From positions 434,001-498,000 of the forward strand of contig JASANG010002537.1 of assembly GCA_030248215.1 (NCBI GenBank): a stretch of 64,000 nt of DNA, written 5' to 3'. The stretch's first letter is position 1. Each line of letters begins with the position of its first letter. This document shows, in pieces, positions 25,122 through 38,695 of the stretch. The notes under the pieces are model-generated. The model was not told where the DNA came from and did not search any database. It was given only the letters and a program-made list of their open reading frames with translations. The DNA comes from Enoplolaimus lenunculus. Taxonomy: Eukaryota. A program made the position numbers and the translations under genes.

Positions 25122-28100
25122 ATGCATTCAGGTATGATGCAAAATTAATATATCTATCTATCTATCAATCTATCTCTATCTATCTGAAGTTGCGAAAATA
25201 CCTGGCATAATGAATACTTTATGCACCTTAATATTTTCTCTTCTCAAGACCTAATATAATTATTAAATGTACAATATTTGAAATTAACTAAAATAAAAAG
25301 GAGAAGTTTTTAACGTTTGACAAAAACTGCTGTTTTCAGATAGAAGACAAAACAAAGATGGCGATTTAAAATGCAACGAAAACGGGTTGTTTGATAACAA
25401 AAATGTTCTCGGGAATATAACACTTGAAGAACATGACCGGTTGCTATCAGGTGAGGTCTTTTGTTATGTCCCATTTGTGACTAACAGGTGTTTTGTTGAC
25501 TAAGAAGGTCCTGAAGAGCAGTTGCTAATAGAAAATGCACGGAGAGTTTCTGACGAGTCAAAAAACGAGTTTTGGTAAACTGAAATGACTTGAATGTTGT
25601 CAGAAAGTTAAAGACTTTCTGAGGGAGACAGCGCTTCCTTGTTTACTGCCTTTAATTTACAGAATTAAACAGTGTCCAGTTCTGGCAAACGGTTAAATGC
25701 AAACCTCAAATTTCAAACAACACCAACCAAAACAGGTGCATTTAGCGTAGATGAAAATATTAAAGTTAAATGTTACTCACTTGTATGACGCTTCTCTAAA
25801 GTATAAAAACCATTAAGTTTTATTAACCGAAACGTTCATTTACTTGTGAAATAAAAATTCAAAATATTAAACTATTGTAAATTTCTTAATGTAAAAGGTT
25901 TATCATCAAATTTTCAGTTGAAAATTCGTCTCCTTCATCGACGACTCGTGGATATGACAATAAATTATATTATGGTATAGAAGATGTTCCGTCAATTCCC
26001 ATTGCACTCTTATTCGGTTTTCAGGTACTCAAAGTTACATTGAATAACAGATTCAACGTACCAACTGAGCATCCGTATGAGCAAGATTCATTAAACTTTA
26101 TGTTCATTGTGGTACCAGGCACCGTTAATGTTCAAAAAAGCGGCCAATGTAAAGAACAACGGCGGAACAGTATTATAAGCATATTTCTAAGCCTAGCCTA
26201 AGCCTCATCGTAAACCGAAGCATAAGAATGAGCATATTCCTAAGCCTAAGCCTAAGCCAAGCAAAAAAATAAAGCTTAAGCTTACTCTATTGCTAGTCCC
26301 ACAGAAAAACTTGCCGCCGCTGATCTTTACATTGGCCAAAAAAGTTAAAAAAATATATGGCAAATCGTAAATTGTTCTGGCATGCACAGGAAGAGATAAA
26401 AGTATGACAGCCAAGCCGACACGAGATATTTCTTTCTATCTGCTCTGTGGTGTCCCACGGAAAACCCGTGCATATAAACTGTTAGACAAAAATAGCATTT
26501 TATGAAATAAAAAAAGCATTCCAGCCGTTTTTATGTTGGTTTTAAGTATACTTTTTTGCAATTGTTCTGCCTTTTCGGGAGCTTCATATACATATTCAGT
26601 CCAGTTTTAAAGTATTAAATTGAATTTAGCAAGCGGTTAACCGACAAATTTGATAAACGATACAAATTTAAGCTGTTTAGTTTGCCGAAAAATGTACGAC
26701 CTTACTTACTTTTAAGTTAAGAAATTTAATGCCGAGAACAATTCATCTTGTGATTTCTGGCTTTTATTTTCGCCCTATATCGGGCAGCCAACTCCAAACC
26801 ACCCAAGCTCATCTCAAGGGGCGCCACGGACCCGCACCTCACTTTCATCTCTGTGCCCACTAAGCTTAAATCTAAGTCTAAGCGCAAGCCTAAATGTAAT
26901 CCGACAACTAACTCATCGTTAAGCCTAAACTTCACAGTATTAAAGTCCACCAGCCTTCCTGTCACCCAAAATAATATGTGTCAGCAAACTCAGAAACATA
27001 CAGTTTTATGCTTCAGATAGTTAATGCAACTTCCACAATATCATGCGTACACAATGTAACTTTTGGGGGATAGTGCGATAGACACTGAAGTCAAAAACGA
27101 CTTCAGTGTCCAGCACACTGAAGCAAAATTAGCTTCAGTATCCTGGACACTCATGACAATAACTTCAGTATTCCGAATCCTGAAGCCAAAACGCTTCGGC
27201 GTCCATGACACCGCCACCTCAAAAGTTATCTGGGGATCGCATGAGATAGTGGAAGTTACATAAGTTACAAACAAACTGCACCATTTGCAGCCTAAATGAT
27301 TTTAGCAAGTAATGGTCTGTTTTACTGGTCTCATCGCCGTCCCGTTGCTATTGGCTGAAATCCTTTGTGTCGACGATGTTTCCGTGCGTGTGAAGTTTAT
27401 AGGTTCGAGTTTAGTCATTTGTGGTGTGTCGACTATTCTTCAAACGTTGTGCGGAACAAGGTACAGGCTCGCAGCCAGCTCACCATGCTATGGGGCTAAA
27501 ATTTTTTAGGAGGGGCAATTCATGGGTTTTGAGTGACTTGCAAGCAAGGTTAAAAATTTTCTAGGGAGGGCAAAATATTTCCAGGGGGTGGGCTGAGCCA
27601 CCCCTCTGGCCCTCCCGTGGCTACGGTCCCGACTAGGTATTAGATTGAGCATACGTTTGAGTTACCTCTGAACGGGCACTGTAGTACTGCTGCTAAAATT
27701 CCGCACCTCTTTGGAAGGGTTCTTGAAAATTTTTGGGGGTTAAGGCAACATAAATTTTAACAAATTACAATTTTAGCGTCTACGGCGGTTTTTACGTTAA
27801 ACATATGCAAATCAGTTTTATTATGTTACTGATTTATTTGTCTATAATTAAAGTTAAAATACCACACATACGTTATTTTGGGCAAGTTTCCAGCGTAAGT
27901 ACATTGTTAACAATATAGATTCATGCAAACGTTATACAATCGGTTGTGGGCTTTACGTCTTTGAAAAATTGATAAACATGCTAAATCTTCAAACGTTTTA
28001 GAATAAAAACCTTTTTAGGTGACTTGACTTTGACCAGTATTTGTAGTGTTGGGCCTATCAACCTTATCCTGTAGAGGTGTGGACGCCTAATGTTTCGGCG

Positions 28101-31100
28101 AATCCGGTTTGCTGCCATCCGATTTCATAAAATTTTTGTGGCTTCGGCATAATTCATGTTAAGCCTACGCGCCTCGCAAGCTGCGATGTATACCGAGGAG
28201 TATTTGCACTTCACATTGCAGCCTGCAAAACGGCATGACTTTGTCTGGTATAACAAAAATTTATTATTGCAAATTTGAGGTTGTTTATTGTAGTCTTTAA
28301 AACATGCTTGTAGCAAACTTTAATACTTAACCAGCACCTAAGCGTAAGATATTGTATAGCGCTTTGCCCAATTGCGCATTTAATTTATCCTAAGACAGTA
28401 AATTATTTTAATAGTACAAGCCTAACTTTTTGAAATTTTAAATTTTGTACTATGGTCATATGCGCAATGTTCTCAAGTTTTTTGTCATCGTGACAATTTT
28501 ACACGCAAGAACTTATACACGTAAAAAATGTAATATTATCTACACCACTTATTCGAGTTAAAACGTTTACCATTTAGATTACCTCTCATGCAAGGACCAA
28601 GTTTGGCGTTCATACCTCCAGTGATTGCACTTGCGCGCATGCCTCAGTTTCAGTGTATCGGTGAGTTCGTTTTAGTATTAAAAATGTCATTCAACTTTAT
28701 TGTTTTTCAAAAAACTGCTTGGAAGCATGTAAATTATTTTTAATACTGAGCATTTTCTTTTTGAAATATAAGAATGTAAATCTAAATTAAACATATTTAG
28801 ACTTTGCCGTATAATCTTGCTAACCGTGTTTGTGTCTCCAAAATTTGATTCGACGTAGCTTTAGATTTGTGGGCAAACCACAAAACATGCTGACTGGTTG
28901 TTTAATTGTGGATAGTTTTATATTTTTATTTCATCTCGAAAACGTATTGCTCTAAGCTAAACAGCTGAGTTATCGCAATTGGCGACTTAAGTAAATACTT
29001 GAATTTCGAGCAAAATCAAATAAACGCCAAATGTCATCCATTGTCATAATAAGACAGTAATAGTTTTGTTTTATGTTAAGGAAGCATCATGAGTCTACAA
29101 CTTCAATTAGACCAAGGTTTGTATGCCTGAGCGGCTAATTTGTAGTATATCAAAATTAGTCAGCGACTTCAGTGTTTACTTAACTTAAGTGCGCTTTTAA
29201 AAACGACAAAATCGTTAAGTAATTATTTAACACGTGCTTAAGTACTAAGTCATACTTAAGTAGAGTTTGTGAAACCAAGCCAATATCTTTTAGTTAATGT
29301 TAGATAAAAATCATTTCTTAGATGTTTATATTTTTAGAAACTGAATTATTAAACGAAACTCAATTAAATACAACAAGCATCGAACGTTTTGACCGTGCCA
29401 CTTGGCAAGAGAAAATGTGTTTGGTAAGCTGTCAGTAGCGTTCAAACGCATCTGCCATAAATATGCAGTTTATACGGGTTTCAACTGATCTTAAAATCCT
29501 TACGCAGTATTTAAATTGTGTGCCTAAAATTTCTAAATTAAACTTGATTCAATTACCGTTGTGCATAGAACCAAGAGAGCAAACGCATGCTTAGGCCTAA
29601 AAAACTTTAAGCAAATTGCCAGTAACATTCGTTAACTTTACGCATCTTCAAAGCAAACAAATATATCCATTCAGGATTAATTTTAATTATCTTCAACCAC
29701 CTTTTATTTCTACGGTTAAGCATACGCGGTTATAAATATTTGAATGTTAATAATTTTAACTTGAGAAACTTAGCACCGCGCCTAGCATTTCCATAAAGAG
29801 TCTAATGAACCAGTAAGTAACAGTTACTGACGTTATTTACTGGTTCACGAAACGTTTTCTATTGAAAGGTCAATTTAAACCTAGAAACTGCATATGGCAA
29901 TATATTTTACTCTTCTTTTTTACTGTGTTTAAATATAAAAACATTAAGGGTAGCTGTGCTTATTAACAACGTCCGGCGCCGTCCGTCACTGTCCGTCACC
30001 GTACGATATCGTACGTGAATTACTCATCACGTGCAATACCGTATGATGGCTGCCGGTTTACGAACGGCGCAGTTTGCGTCTCCCTAAATCGTGCAGTGGG
30101 TAGGACTGGGTATTGCAGACTACTTTTTTCTTGCTAAAACAACTAAATTTGTTGTTTGATTCAGGAGTTGTATTTTTGTCTCAAATTCTGTTTTTCAGTT
30201 GTTATAATGCGAGTTGTCCTGTGAACTGTTGCGTTTCAAAATTAATACATGTTTTGATTTGAGTGAAAACTAAAAAATGACTTAAAAAATTATACTTTTA
30301 GGTTCAAGGTGGCCTTATTTTGGCGTCGGTTGTTCAAATCACCATTGGAGCAACCGGTTTGATAGGATTGATTACAAGATACATCGGACCGTTAACAATC
30401 GCACCTCTAATGGTTCTCTTGATGGTCTCAGTGATACCAGTAGTTCTGGACTATGTTACGCTACATTGGATTTCTTTAGTGTAAGAAAGTGTGCATCATC
30501 TCTTGGATGATCACTTTTTGGACAAGAGTGTGCAACTGAGCACATTGCGTATAAGAATATCGGGTTGCTTTTAAGATCGCTAACGAATCGGTCTACTTTC
30601 AACACACAGTTAACATCTGGTTAATCCTGGCCATCTGTCAAATTTCAGGTTCACAGCGACCATAGTTCGATGCCTTCAAGATCTGTTGCACTGTATAGTA
30701 ACCGTAGTATATTTAATTAGAAACTGATCTATTGGCATATAGGTTTTTAATTAATTGCAGATAGACCGCAATGTATACAAATATAGAGTATATGTATTTG
30801 AGAATCTACACCGTTGCAAACAGGACTAGCGCTAGTGAATGATATGCCTAGTGCTAGTATGCTGCAAAAAATGGTGAGTCGCATTGACTCTCTCTGAAAT
30901 ATGCTCTACGGGACTACACAAACTGAGTCAAGTTCGACTATGCCAGAGTCAAATTCGACTCGTTGAGCCGCACGTTTGCATCTGGCGTAGTCGAATTTGA
31001 CTCAGTTTGTGTAGTCCCGTAGAGTGTATTTCGAATAGAGGACTCACAATTTTTTGCAGTGTAAGGAATAAACGTGTTTCAATACAATGATAGGCCCTAT

Positions 31101-34100
31101 GGTGGTAAGTGTTGTACACAAGAATAACTCTCGCTGTATGCCGATGTGGTTTTAGTTTCCGGTCCACAAAATTATTTAAGGCTTATGTCGTTTTTTAGAT
31201 TAATTGTTTTACTAATAACTGTTGCAATTTATTTAAATGGCATCAAAATGCCGCTGCCGTATTGTGATCTGCAAAAGAAAAAAATCATCACAACGCGGGT
31301 TCCGCTGTTCGCAATGTTTCCTGTAAGCAAATTTAAATGCAAAGAATTATTTTAACGTTTATTATAAATACTGAAACGAACCAAAATTTTAATCGATTAT
31401 CTTTCGAGTTTTAAACACAATTATACAACATCATTTCAAGCTGCAATTTTATGCTTAAGAATTTTCAATTATTTAAAGTTTGCGAATTTTATTTCAAAAA
31501 GTTAGCCTTGGCTACTGAATATTGTAAGGTTTTGTTACAGAGTGAAAATTGCTTAAAAATGCCAGTTTCGTATTTACCAAAGCCTCAGTTTAACTCAATG
31601 AACTCGCGAACGCCTTGTTTTCGATGCAGAATACTGAAAAGTCTATCGTTGTCGCAATCACTTTGTGCATTTATTAAAATTCGATGTTATAGTGTTTGTG
31701 GCCAAAGGTTACTTTTAGGGTCGTAACAGTAGATTAGGCGTATTGCTAAGCCTAAGCCTAAACATAAGCCTAAGCCTAAGCAAAAAAAATGTAACCTAGA
31801 CTCTAAACCTACTCTTGTATAGATCCACCAGTAACCTGGATGTCCCTAAAAGTAGCATGGGCCGTGTTTCTGTTGAATTTGCAACGATCATAAACTTGGC
31901 TAAGTTTTATGAACCTGTTAAATCAGTGAAATCATTCGTTGAATCACCGGAAGCGATTTCGGCTATCAGAATAAACCAAGGAGTGGTGGAGGGATGGTCG
32001 AATTGCAGTTTCAAACTCGATGCAATCGGTATAATTTTAGTATCTCATTGCGATTGTAATCACATGGATACTTGCAGCAATTTTAACCGAGTCAAGGGTT
32101 TTCAACGAGACGTCCGATTTGCCCGCACGAACGGACACTCATCGAGAAGTAATTCAAAACGCTCCTTGGATTCGATTTCCGTATCCAGGTTAATTTTGAA
32201 CAAAATAAGTGTTTTAATGTTTTCAAATTTTGAGCAGCATTTTGCTATTTTAGCACTTTTGCACTTCAATGGCTGTTTGTAAACGTTGCAAAATCTATAA
32301 ATACTATATCTAAGTAAATAAGCCTAAATCGCATCACATCCCGTAATTCGAGCAGGTCTTCACAGCATTTACTTCGCAATTGAAGATTGATCCCGCCATG
32401 ACTATTTGAGATAACCGCTTTTTCACAAACAGTTGAGGTAGAATATTTTAAATTAATGCAAGGTTCAGTCATACGGTCTCACTACTCATAATGACCAATT
32501 CCGTCGAACCTTTTGAATTGACGTCACGTATTGGAGTAGGCTCGATTTTGATACGAAAACTGTCGCATTAATTATTTAAGTAAACGACAATGTTACTTTT
32601 AGGGCCGCTACAGTTTATATTAAACATACTGTTAAGCTTAAGACTAAGCCTACGCGTTGAAACATTTGCATTCCTAAGCCTAAGCCTAAGCCTAAACGTA
32701 AGGAAAAAATGTAACCTAGCATCTAAAAGCCTATTCGTTTACAGACCCACCAGAAACCGGGACGACCCTAAACCTCACATGGGCCTAAGAAACGGTTTTG
32801 TTTTAGGTGTATTTTGTTTCGAATAGCGTTTTATTGTTAACAAAAATATATTAGTTAAAGACAGTTTATACTACGCGTTTGGTTTCAGGTCAATGGGGCG
32901 TGCCACAAATTAATCTTGCCATCATTGCTGGAATGCTTGTGGGAACGTTTTGTTCGATTGTCGAATCTGTCGGTGATTACGCTGCGTGCGCTCGTATCGC
33001 TCAAGAACGACAACCACCCACGCATGCCATTAATAGAGGAATCATGATGGAAGGCATCTCGTGTTTTATTGGCGGATTTATTGGAGGCACAACCAGTGTC
33101 ACGACGTATTCAGAAAATATTGGCGTTATTGGGATTACTAAGGTACTGGCCAATGCAAAGATCAGGGACGGAACGTTTTTCAGTAGGACTAGCGTAAAGT
33201 AAGTTTAAGCTTTAAACTATTTTTTTAGTTAATCTAGGCTTAGGCTTAGCTTAGGCTTAGGAATATGCTCATTCTCACGCTTAGGCTTAGGCTTAGGCTT
33301 AGGTTTAGGTTTAGAAATATGCTTATAGTACTGTTCCGCTCATGTTTTTTACATTGGCGAAGGTACTGATGCACGTATTTACAAATGGAAACAGCTGAAC
33401 CAAACGATTCTCAAAGCAATTTTTCATATAGACAGGGTATATACGTTGAACAGTAAATACAGCTTAGTGGTGTACCATCGTCAATCTGTTATACGTTTTG
33501 GTCAAAACTCAAAACCGTTACTTGCAAAGCCCGCTGATAGTAGATATATCGGCATCGAACAGATACGGCTTGAGTCAAAAATTTAAATTTTGATCCGAGA
33601 TTTGATTGCGTAAAAATGTGTTTTGAAAACATTGTTTAATATTTATTTATTTTCGTCGTTTATAAATAATTAAAGTTATGGCCAAAAGGTAAGAACGCAC
33701 AACAAACAGTAGCGCTCCAGGTTATCATTTGTAAGACCTGAACCAGTTCTAACCACATTAATTAACGTTTCGATCTAAGTCTAATCAATTAACGAATGAA
33801 TTGTGTTCATTAATTTCTCGTTGTTGTAGGTTGCGAGCAGATGGACTCTGGTGGCATCAGGAGCGATTTTAATACTTCTTGGTCTTTTCACAAAGTTTGG
33901 TGCAATTATGGCGACAGTGCCGACTCCGTTAATAGGTATGTTGTTTGCAAATCTGCAAGTGCAGGAACTTAGGTGCATTCAAGTAAATTATGATCGATAG
34001 TATATAAATAAGCAGATCTGTTCAGTTCAAAAAAGTGCGAGCGGAATTCCAATTCCGGTAGGAAACAAATGTTGCATTTTACAGTATCCGGTTCCAGCAA

Positions 34101-37100
34101 TAAATCCGGCATTTCCTCACCCTCACCAGACTTTACGGTACTGTTGGCGTTGAAGATTTTGAGTTTTAAAACTGAAGTCGAATTTTTATGACGAATTTTT
34201 TATTTTTAAATGAATTAGTAAGAACACGACGCTGCTGAACTGTCTGGATATTGCAGAATTTTTTAAAATATCAGGTAAACGGCAAAATTTTCGCTGGAAA
34301 CCGCTGAATGCTGACACGTTTGATGACGAATGTTGGACTGGTGTCAGCGTTTTAAATAAAATGTGTGTTGAAGCTGAATTTTTATTTTCGACTATTCGGT
34401 TCTGATTTCGGTAGAAAATATGGTATTATTTTTACTTTTCGTGCTTATTTCAAGTATTTTTTTTAACTCTGATTACATCCTGTTGTTTAGAGGTACATCG
34501 TTTTGCGCCTAAAAACGGTGTTATTAACAAGCGTTTGTCCTACATTTTACTTGTACAACCGTACTGTTAATGTTACGCCTGAACCAAAAATTAGCGAAAA
34601 GTGTTGACGTATTTAACACTGTGCGATTTTAAGATATCAGCCACCATTCAAGGTTTACAGCTGCCACGAATGTTTCATTTTGGTTTCATTTTAACAATTT
34701 AACCGATTTCGCAGCTGGTAACATTTAACCAGGCTTTTTAATTTGTTTCAGGTGGAATCTTACTGGTTTCAATATCTGTTGTAGCCGGTGTTGGTTTGTC
34801 ATCTGCGCAATCGGCTGACTTAAGTTTGACCAGAAATATGGCAATTTTAGGCTTGTCCCTAAGCGGTGGAATACTGATTCCAATGATTGTTCGAAAACTT
34901 CCTATCGATACAGGTACGTGTACTAAGTGTTTCTTAACACTTTACGAACCGAATTTATTTATACAATTTGTTGCACTTATTGTATTCGGTAATGCGGAAT
35001 TGAACATAGATTAGTTGATTATTAGGTGCATATCAGAACCATTGCACCATATAGAAGTTATCAGTAAAGTCCCGGTGGGATCTCGTGTGTTGAGCATGCA
35101 ACGCCAATCAATGTTTTCAGTGGTTGAGTTAACATCAGGGTCATGTTTGCTATATTTAACATTTTCACAGCTACCGAAACCGTAAAGCACTTCTGCTCCA
35201 CACATTCGGTCGCAGATGTGTAAGTTACTGTAGTGACCCGAATATGAGGAGGGTAATAAGAGGGGGGTCCATATTTTGAGTCCCAACCGATAGGAGTCCG
35301 TATAGCTAACCAGAGTCTGTGAGCAGATAGAGTCCCTAAACATTTGTCCATAATGTCAATTATCTGTAATTGAAGTGCATAAATGACTCCAGTACCAAAT
35401 AAGGTTGAGTTCAAAACTCATACTTAAGTTTTGAAAGTACATTCCTAAGTATAATCGTGCATTATCAATCATGCTTTTGATACAAGACAAATAATTGTTT
35501 AATTCAACGGATAGTTGCAATATCGAATAATAATCAGTTAACGAAGAGCGGGTTAAAAATAAAGAACAGTTCATAACCTAATAACAGGGGACACCTTCGG
35601 GAAAGGTCAAATAAATATCAGTCCCGTTCTGATTCGGGTCACTACAGTAAATACTTTCAACGCCAGTAATCATTCTTCTATAAAAATATGATAGCAAATC
35701 CGAAACGTTTTCCATGTTATTCTAACAGCTGAAGGAGCTAAAACAAATTTACTAGCTACGTAGTTTCGTTAATGACGTCATTATTAAAAATAAAAACCCG
35801 AACGCCCAAAAATAACCTATTCTAGGGATCACGCAATTCGACCACGCTGTCACGTTGCTGCTTGAAACCGAAATGTTGGTTGGCGGCTTGTTAGGTTTCA
35901 TTATGGACAACACTGTGCCAGGTATAAAAAAAGTTAATCTTTTTTGGCGTCAAAAGTTGAATAAATATGGTTTGGTTATAAATATATGTTTTAATAATGG
36001 CACGCTAACGAGTTTCTGCGGGTGTTTATAGAAATTTTGGGTTAATGATCAACATTGTAACGCTGGATAAAATGGTACAAGTAAGGGTGACGGTATGCTT
36101 GTTGTCCGGCGCCGGACGGCGCCGCTAGTCAAATCATTTTTGTTTACAAATTGATATGTTGTGTCATGCGGCAATGAACGTCCGTTGTGCAACAGTGTAG
36201 AACGGCACTGGACGATGACAGACAGCGACAGACTGTGACGGACGTCGCCAGATGTCATCAAAAGTATAGAACCACCCTTATAGTTACTGTTTAGAAACTT
36301 TGGCATAGAAATTAGCAAATTTAACTTACCTGCATGCAAATTCGTGAAAATTTTGTTCGTTTGGAAATTACGTTGTAGTGTAAAATTTTAAAACTATATT
36401 CTTGTAGCTAATTTTATACGTTTCATAAACAAATTGAAATTCATCGCTTATTTAATGTTGACAAAAGTTGTAAAATTTTTGCAAATCATAACACGTCGGA
36501 TCTTTTCACGGCGACAGATCTAAGTTTGCTATTTGAAAAATGCAAAAATGCGGTTAAACCAAGCTAAGCGTGTGTACAACACTGATACTGACCGAACCGA
36601 AAGCTAAGATGAAAACAATTTTTTTTACTTTTGTTAATTTTAAACAATACGGACTAAATTAAAAGATTGAAAACTTAATAAATATAATAAGTTTATATAG
36701 TAACCAACAATATGTGTATCAGGGTACAACGGGAGGTCTGCCTCCGGCTCGGGCAGAAATCGGCCTCCGGCTCCGGCTCCAGTAGAATTTTTTTTCCATA
36801 ATTTTTCAAAATTTATCTGTTTAGCGTGTTTTGTTTTAGTTTTGTCACAATATTCAGGAAAGAAAATCCGGAATTTCGCAGAAAATTAGAGTCAAATCAA
36901 ACCACTTAACAACATATTCCTGATATTGGCTAAAAGTAACTAATTAACCATCATTTTTACTGGCTAATTTCGCCTCACCTCTGGCTCTGGCTCCGGCAAG
37001 TTTCGTGGACCTCCGGCTCCGGTATTTTTCACTTCCGGTTGCACCCTGATGTGTATATCTGTATATATATATATTTGATGAATAATATAGGAGCAACACT

Positions 37101-37308
37101 AGATCAACGAGGATTGCACAGAAAACCAACTCCCAATGAAGAATTGACAATTATTGACGAGCATCAGGATAAATCAACAACGCATTTTCAAAATTTTCAG
37201 CCTGCGCGCGATATATATGAATTTCCACATTGGCTGAAGCGCCGAATGAATTTCCGGCTGTTTCGTTATGTACCATTTTTACCTAATTTTCAATCGAAAC
37301 ACTGTTAA
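25122..37308 (+). CDS. SLC23: SLC23/NAT (NCS2) nucleobase-ascorbate transporter, ~612 aa, 14 exons
   Basis: Exons 25122-25131, 25340-25450, 25918-26024, 27306-27460, 28578-28660, 29338-29423, 30302-30480, 31199-31322, 32041-32188, 32889-33142, 33830-33935, 34752-34913, 35826-35921 and 37091-37308 are all GT-AG and in phase (1839 nt). Motifs: GTRLPLMQGPS, IGPLTIAP, APWIRFPYPGQWG, ESVGDY, the NAT signature SENIGVIGITKVASR, and DNTVPG. The first micro-exon is the least certain. Confidence 0.93.
26142..26337. mobile_element. Merlin-type MITE with internal GCCTAA (TTAGGC) tracts
   Basis: Perfect 14-bp TIR ggccaatgtaaaga / tctttacattggcc; 8-bp flanks aaaaaagc/aaaaaagt. Confidence 0.85.
30860..31061. 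mobile_element. Palindromic CACTGCAAAAA MITE
   Basis: gctgcaaaaaatggtgagtc ... gactcacaattttttgcagtg|ta; same family as 46766-46973. Confidence 0.75.
31700..31863. mobile_element. Second Merlin-type TTAGGC-bearing MITE subfamily (also 44812-44959 and ~32590-32785)
   Basis: GGCC termini with inner TIR tacttttaggg / ccctaaaagta; 8-bp flanks gtgtttgt/gtgtttct; GCCTAA tract. Confidence 0.75.
33148..33359. mobile_element. Merlin-type MITE with TTAGGC tracts inserted at a splice donor
   Basis: Perfect 8-bp TSD aaggtact at 33140-33147 and 33360-33367. Confidence 0.88.
35228..35647. mobile_element. 420-bp TA-flanked MITE (Tc2/pogo-like termini)
   Basis: ta|ctgtagtgacccgaat ... attcgggtcactacag|ta; a terminal fragment also lies at ~42548-42581. 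Confidence 0.8.
36085..36277. mobile_element. PIF/Harbinger-like MITE (GGG termini, TAA/TTA flanks); relatives at 47822-48073, ~18810-18978, ~29948-30070, ~62148-62221
   Basis: taa|gggtgacggtatgct ... agtatagaaccaccc|tta; GC-rich GACGG repeats inside. Confidence 0.65.
36720..37048. mobile_element. hAT-like MITE with GGCTCC subterminal repeats; relatives near 16370-16740, 17300-17370, 23771-24291, 54640-54700
   Basis: cagggtacaac ... gttgcaccctg with a perfect 8-bp TSD atgtgtat. Confidence 0.85.
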
Positions 37309-37399
37309 CATATTTGCCAAATTAAATGCAACTGTACATAAAGTAAAAATAACATTTCTTACATTAAAATTAGTGGAATATTTTTTAAATGCAAAGCCA

Positions 37400-38676
37400 T
37401 TATTGAGCGAAGCGAAACTCCGAGCGAATCACGTAGTTTCGCGAAGCGTTTTATGTTTTGTACTTGGGGGTCGAAAGATGGATGTGCGTCTGTCCGTTCG
37501 AAAAGAATCTCAGGAACGGCTGAACCGATTTGATAATTTTTTTGTTTGAAAGCCAATTATCCTGCGGTGTTAACCTCGCATTGGGGTTTTAAAATTTAAA
37601 GCCGTTTAATAGCTACAGACTAATTTGCATAATTAATTAAGCCTAAATTATCACTTTCCACAATATTTCGCTAATTATTACAGTTAGAAGCAATCTAATT
37701 ATAGCATTAAAGGCTTTTTGGGTGCGAGAAATCTGCCTAGACTGTTTACAAACCTCCAAAACCGATACTTGAGCAGTTAGCTAATAGATAATTTGCATAT
37801 TAGCATAGTTTATAAGCCTAAATTATGACTCTTTACAATATTTCACTAATTATTAAGGTTGAAAGCAGTATAATTTCAGCACTAAAGGGTTTTTAGGTGC
37901 GAGAAATTTGAATAAATTGTTTCCAAACATCCAAAACCGATAATTGAATAGTTAGCTATTAGCTAATTTGCATATTAGCTTAATTGACAAGACAAAATTA
38001 GGACTTTTTAAATTATTTCAATTATTACGGTTTACTGAAAGTTTTTGGGTGCAAGGAATCTGAATAAATTGTTTACAAACCTCCGAAACTGATAATCGAA
38101 TAGTTAGCTAATAGCTAATTTGCATATTAGCTTAATTGACAAGACAAAATTAGGACTTTTTAAACTATTTCAATCATTATTACGGTTTACTGAAGGTTTT
38201 TTGGTGCGAGCAATCAGAATAAATTGTTTACAAACGTCTAAAACCGATAATTGAGTAGTTAGATAATAGATAATTTGCATATAAGCATAATTGATAAGCA
38301 TAAATTAGACGTTTTTACAATGTTTTACTAATTATTAGGGTTACAAGCAATCTAATTTCAGCAATAATGGGTTTTCGGGTGCGAAGAATCTGAATAAATT
38401 GTCTACAAACCTTTAAAAGCGATTATCGAATAGTTAGCTAATAGCTAATTTGCATATTTGCTTAATTGACGAGGAAAAATTATGACTTTTTAAATTATTT
38501 CAATAATTATTAGGGTGGCTGAAGGGTTCTTGGGTGCGAGGAATCTTAGAAAATTGCTTAAAAAAACTCCAAAATGGATAAATGAATAGTTAGCTAATAA
38601 CTAATTTGCATATTACCTTAATTGCTTACGCGCGTTCGAGCTTCGCTCAATAAATATAGTACTACTAGGACTGGTT
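37400..38676 (+). mobile_element. Helentron-associated (HINE/DINE-1-like) element with a central tandem array
   Basis: 14-bp subTIRs ttattgagcgaagc (37400-37413) / gcttcgctcaataa (38640-38653); GTCY-like cgtctgtccgttc near the 5' end; about six 152-175-bp units marked by TAATTTGCATA; 3' imperfect stem-loop followed by CTGGTT. Confidence 0.75.
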
Positions 38677-38695
38677 ACAAGTTAATAAATGAAAG

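Noticed and set aside
31815..32282. 155-aa ORF
   Set aside because: Off-frame overlap of SLC23 exon 9 (32041-32188) plus intron and MITE sequence.
33236..33314. TTAGGC tracts as a true telomere or chromosome-fusion scar
   Set aside because: The tracts are short, occur in both orientations across the window, and are enclosed by TIRs and 8-bp TSDs.
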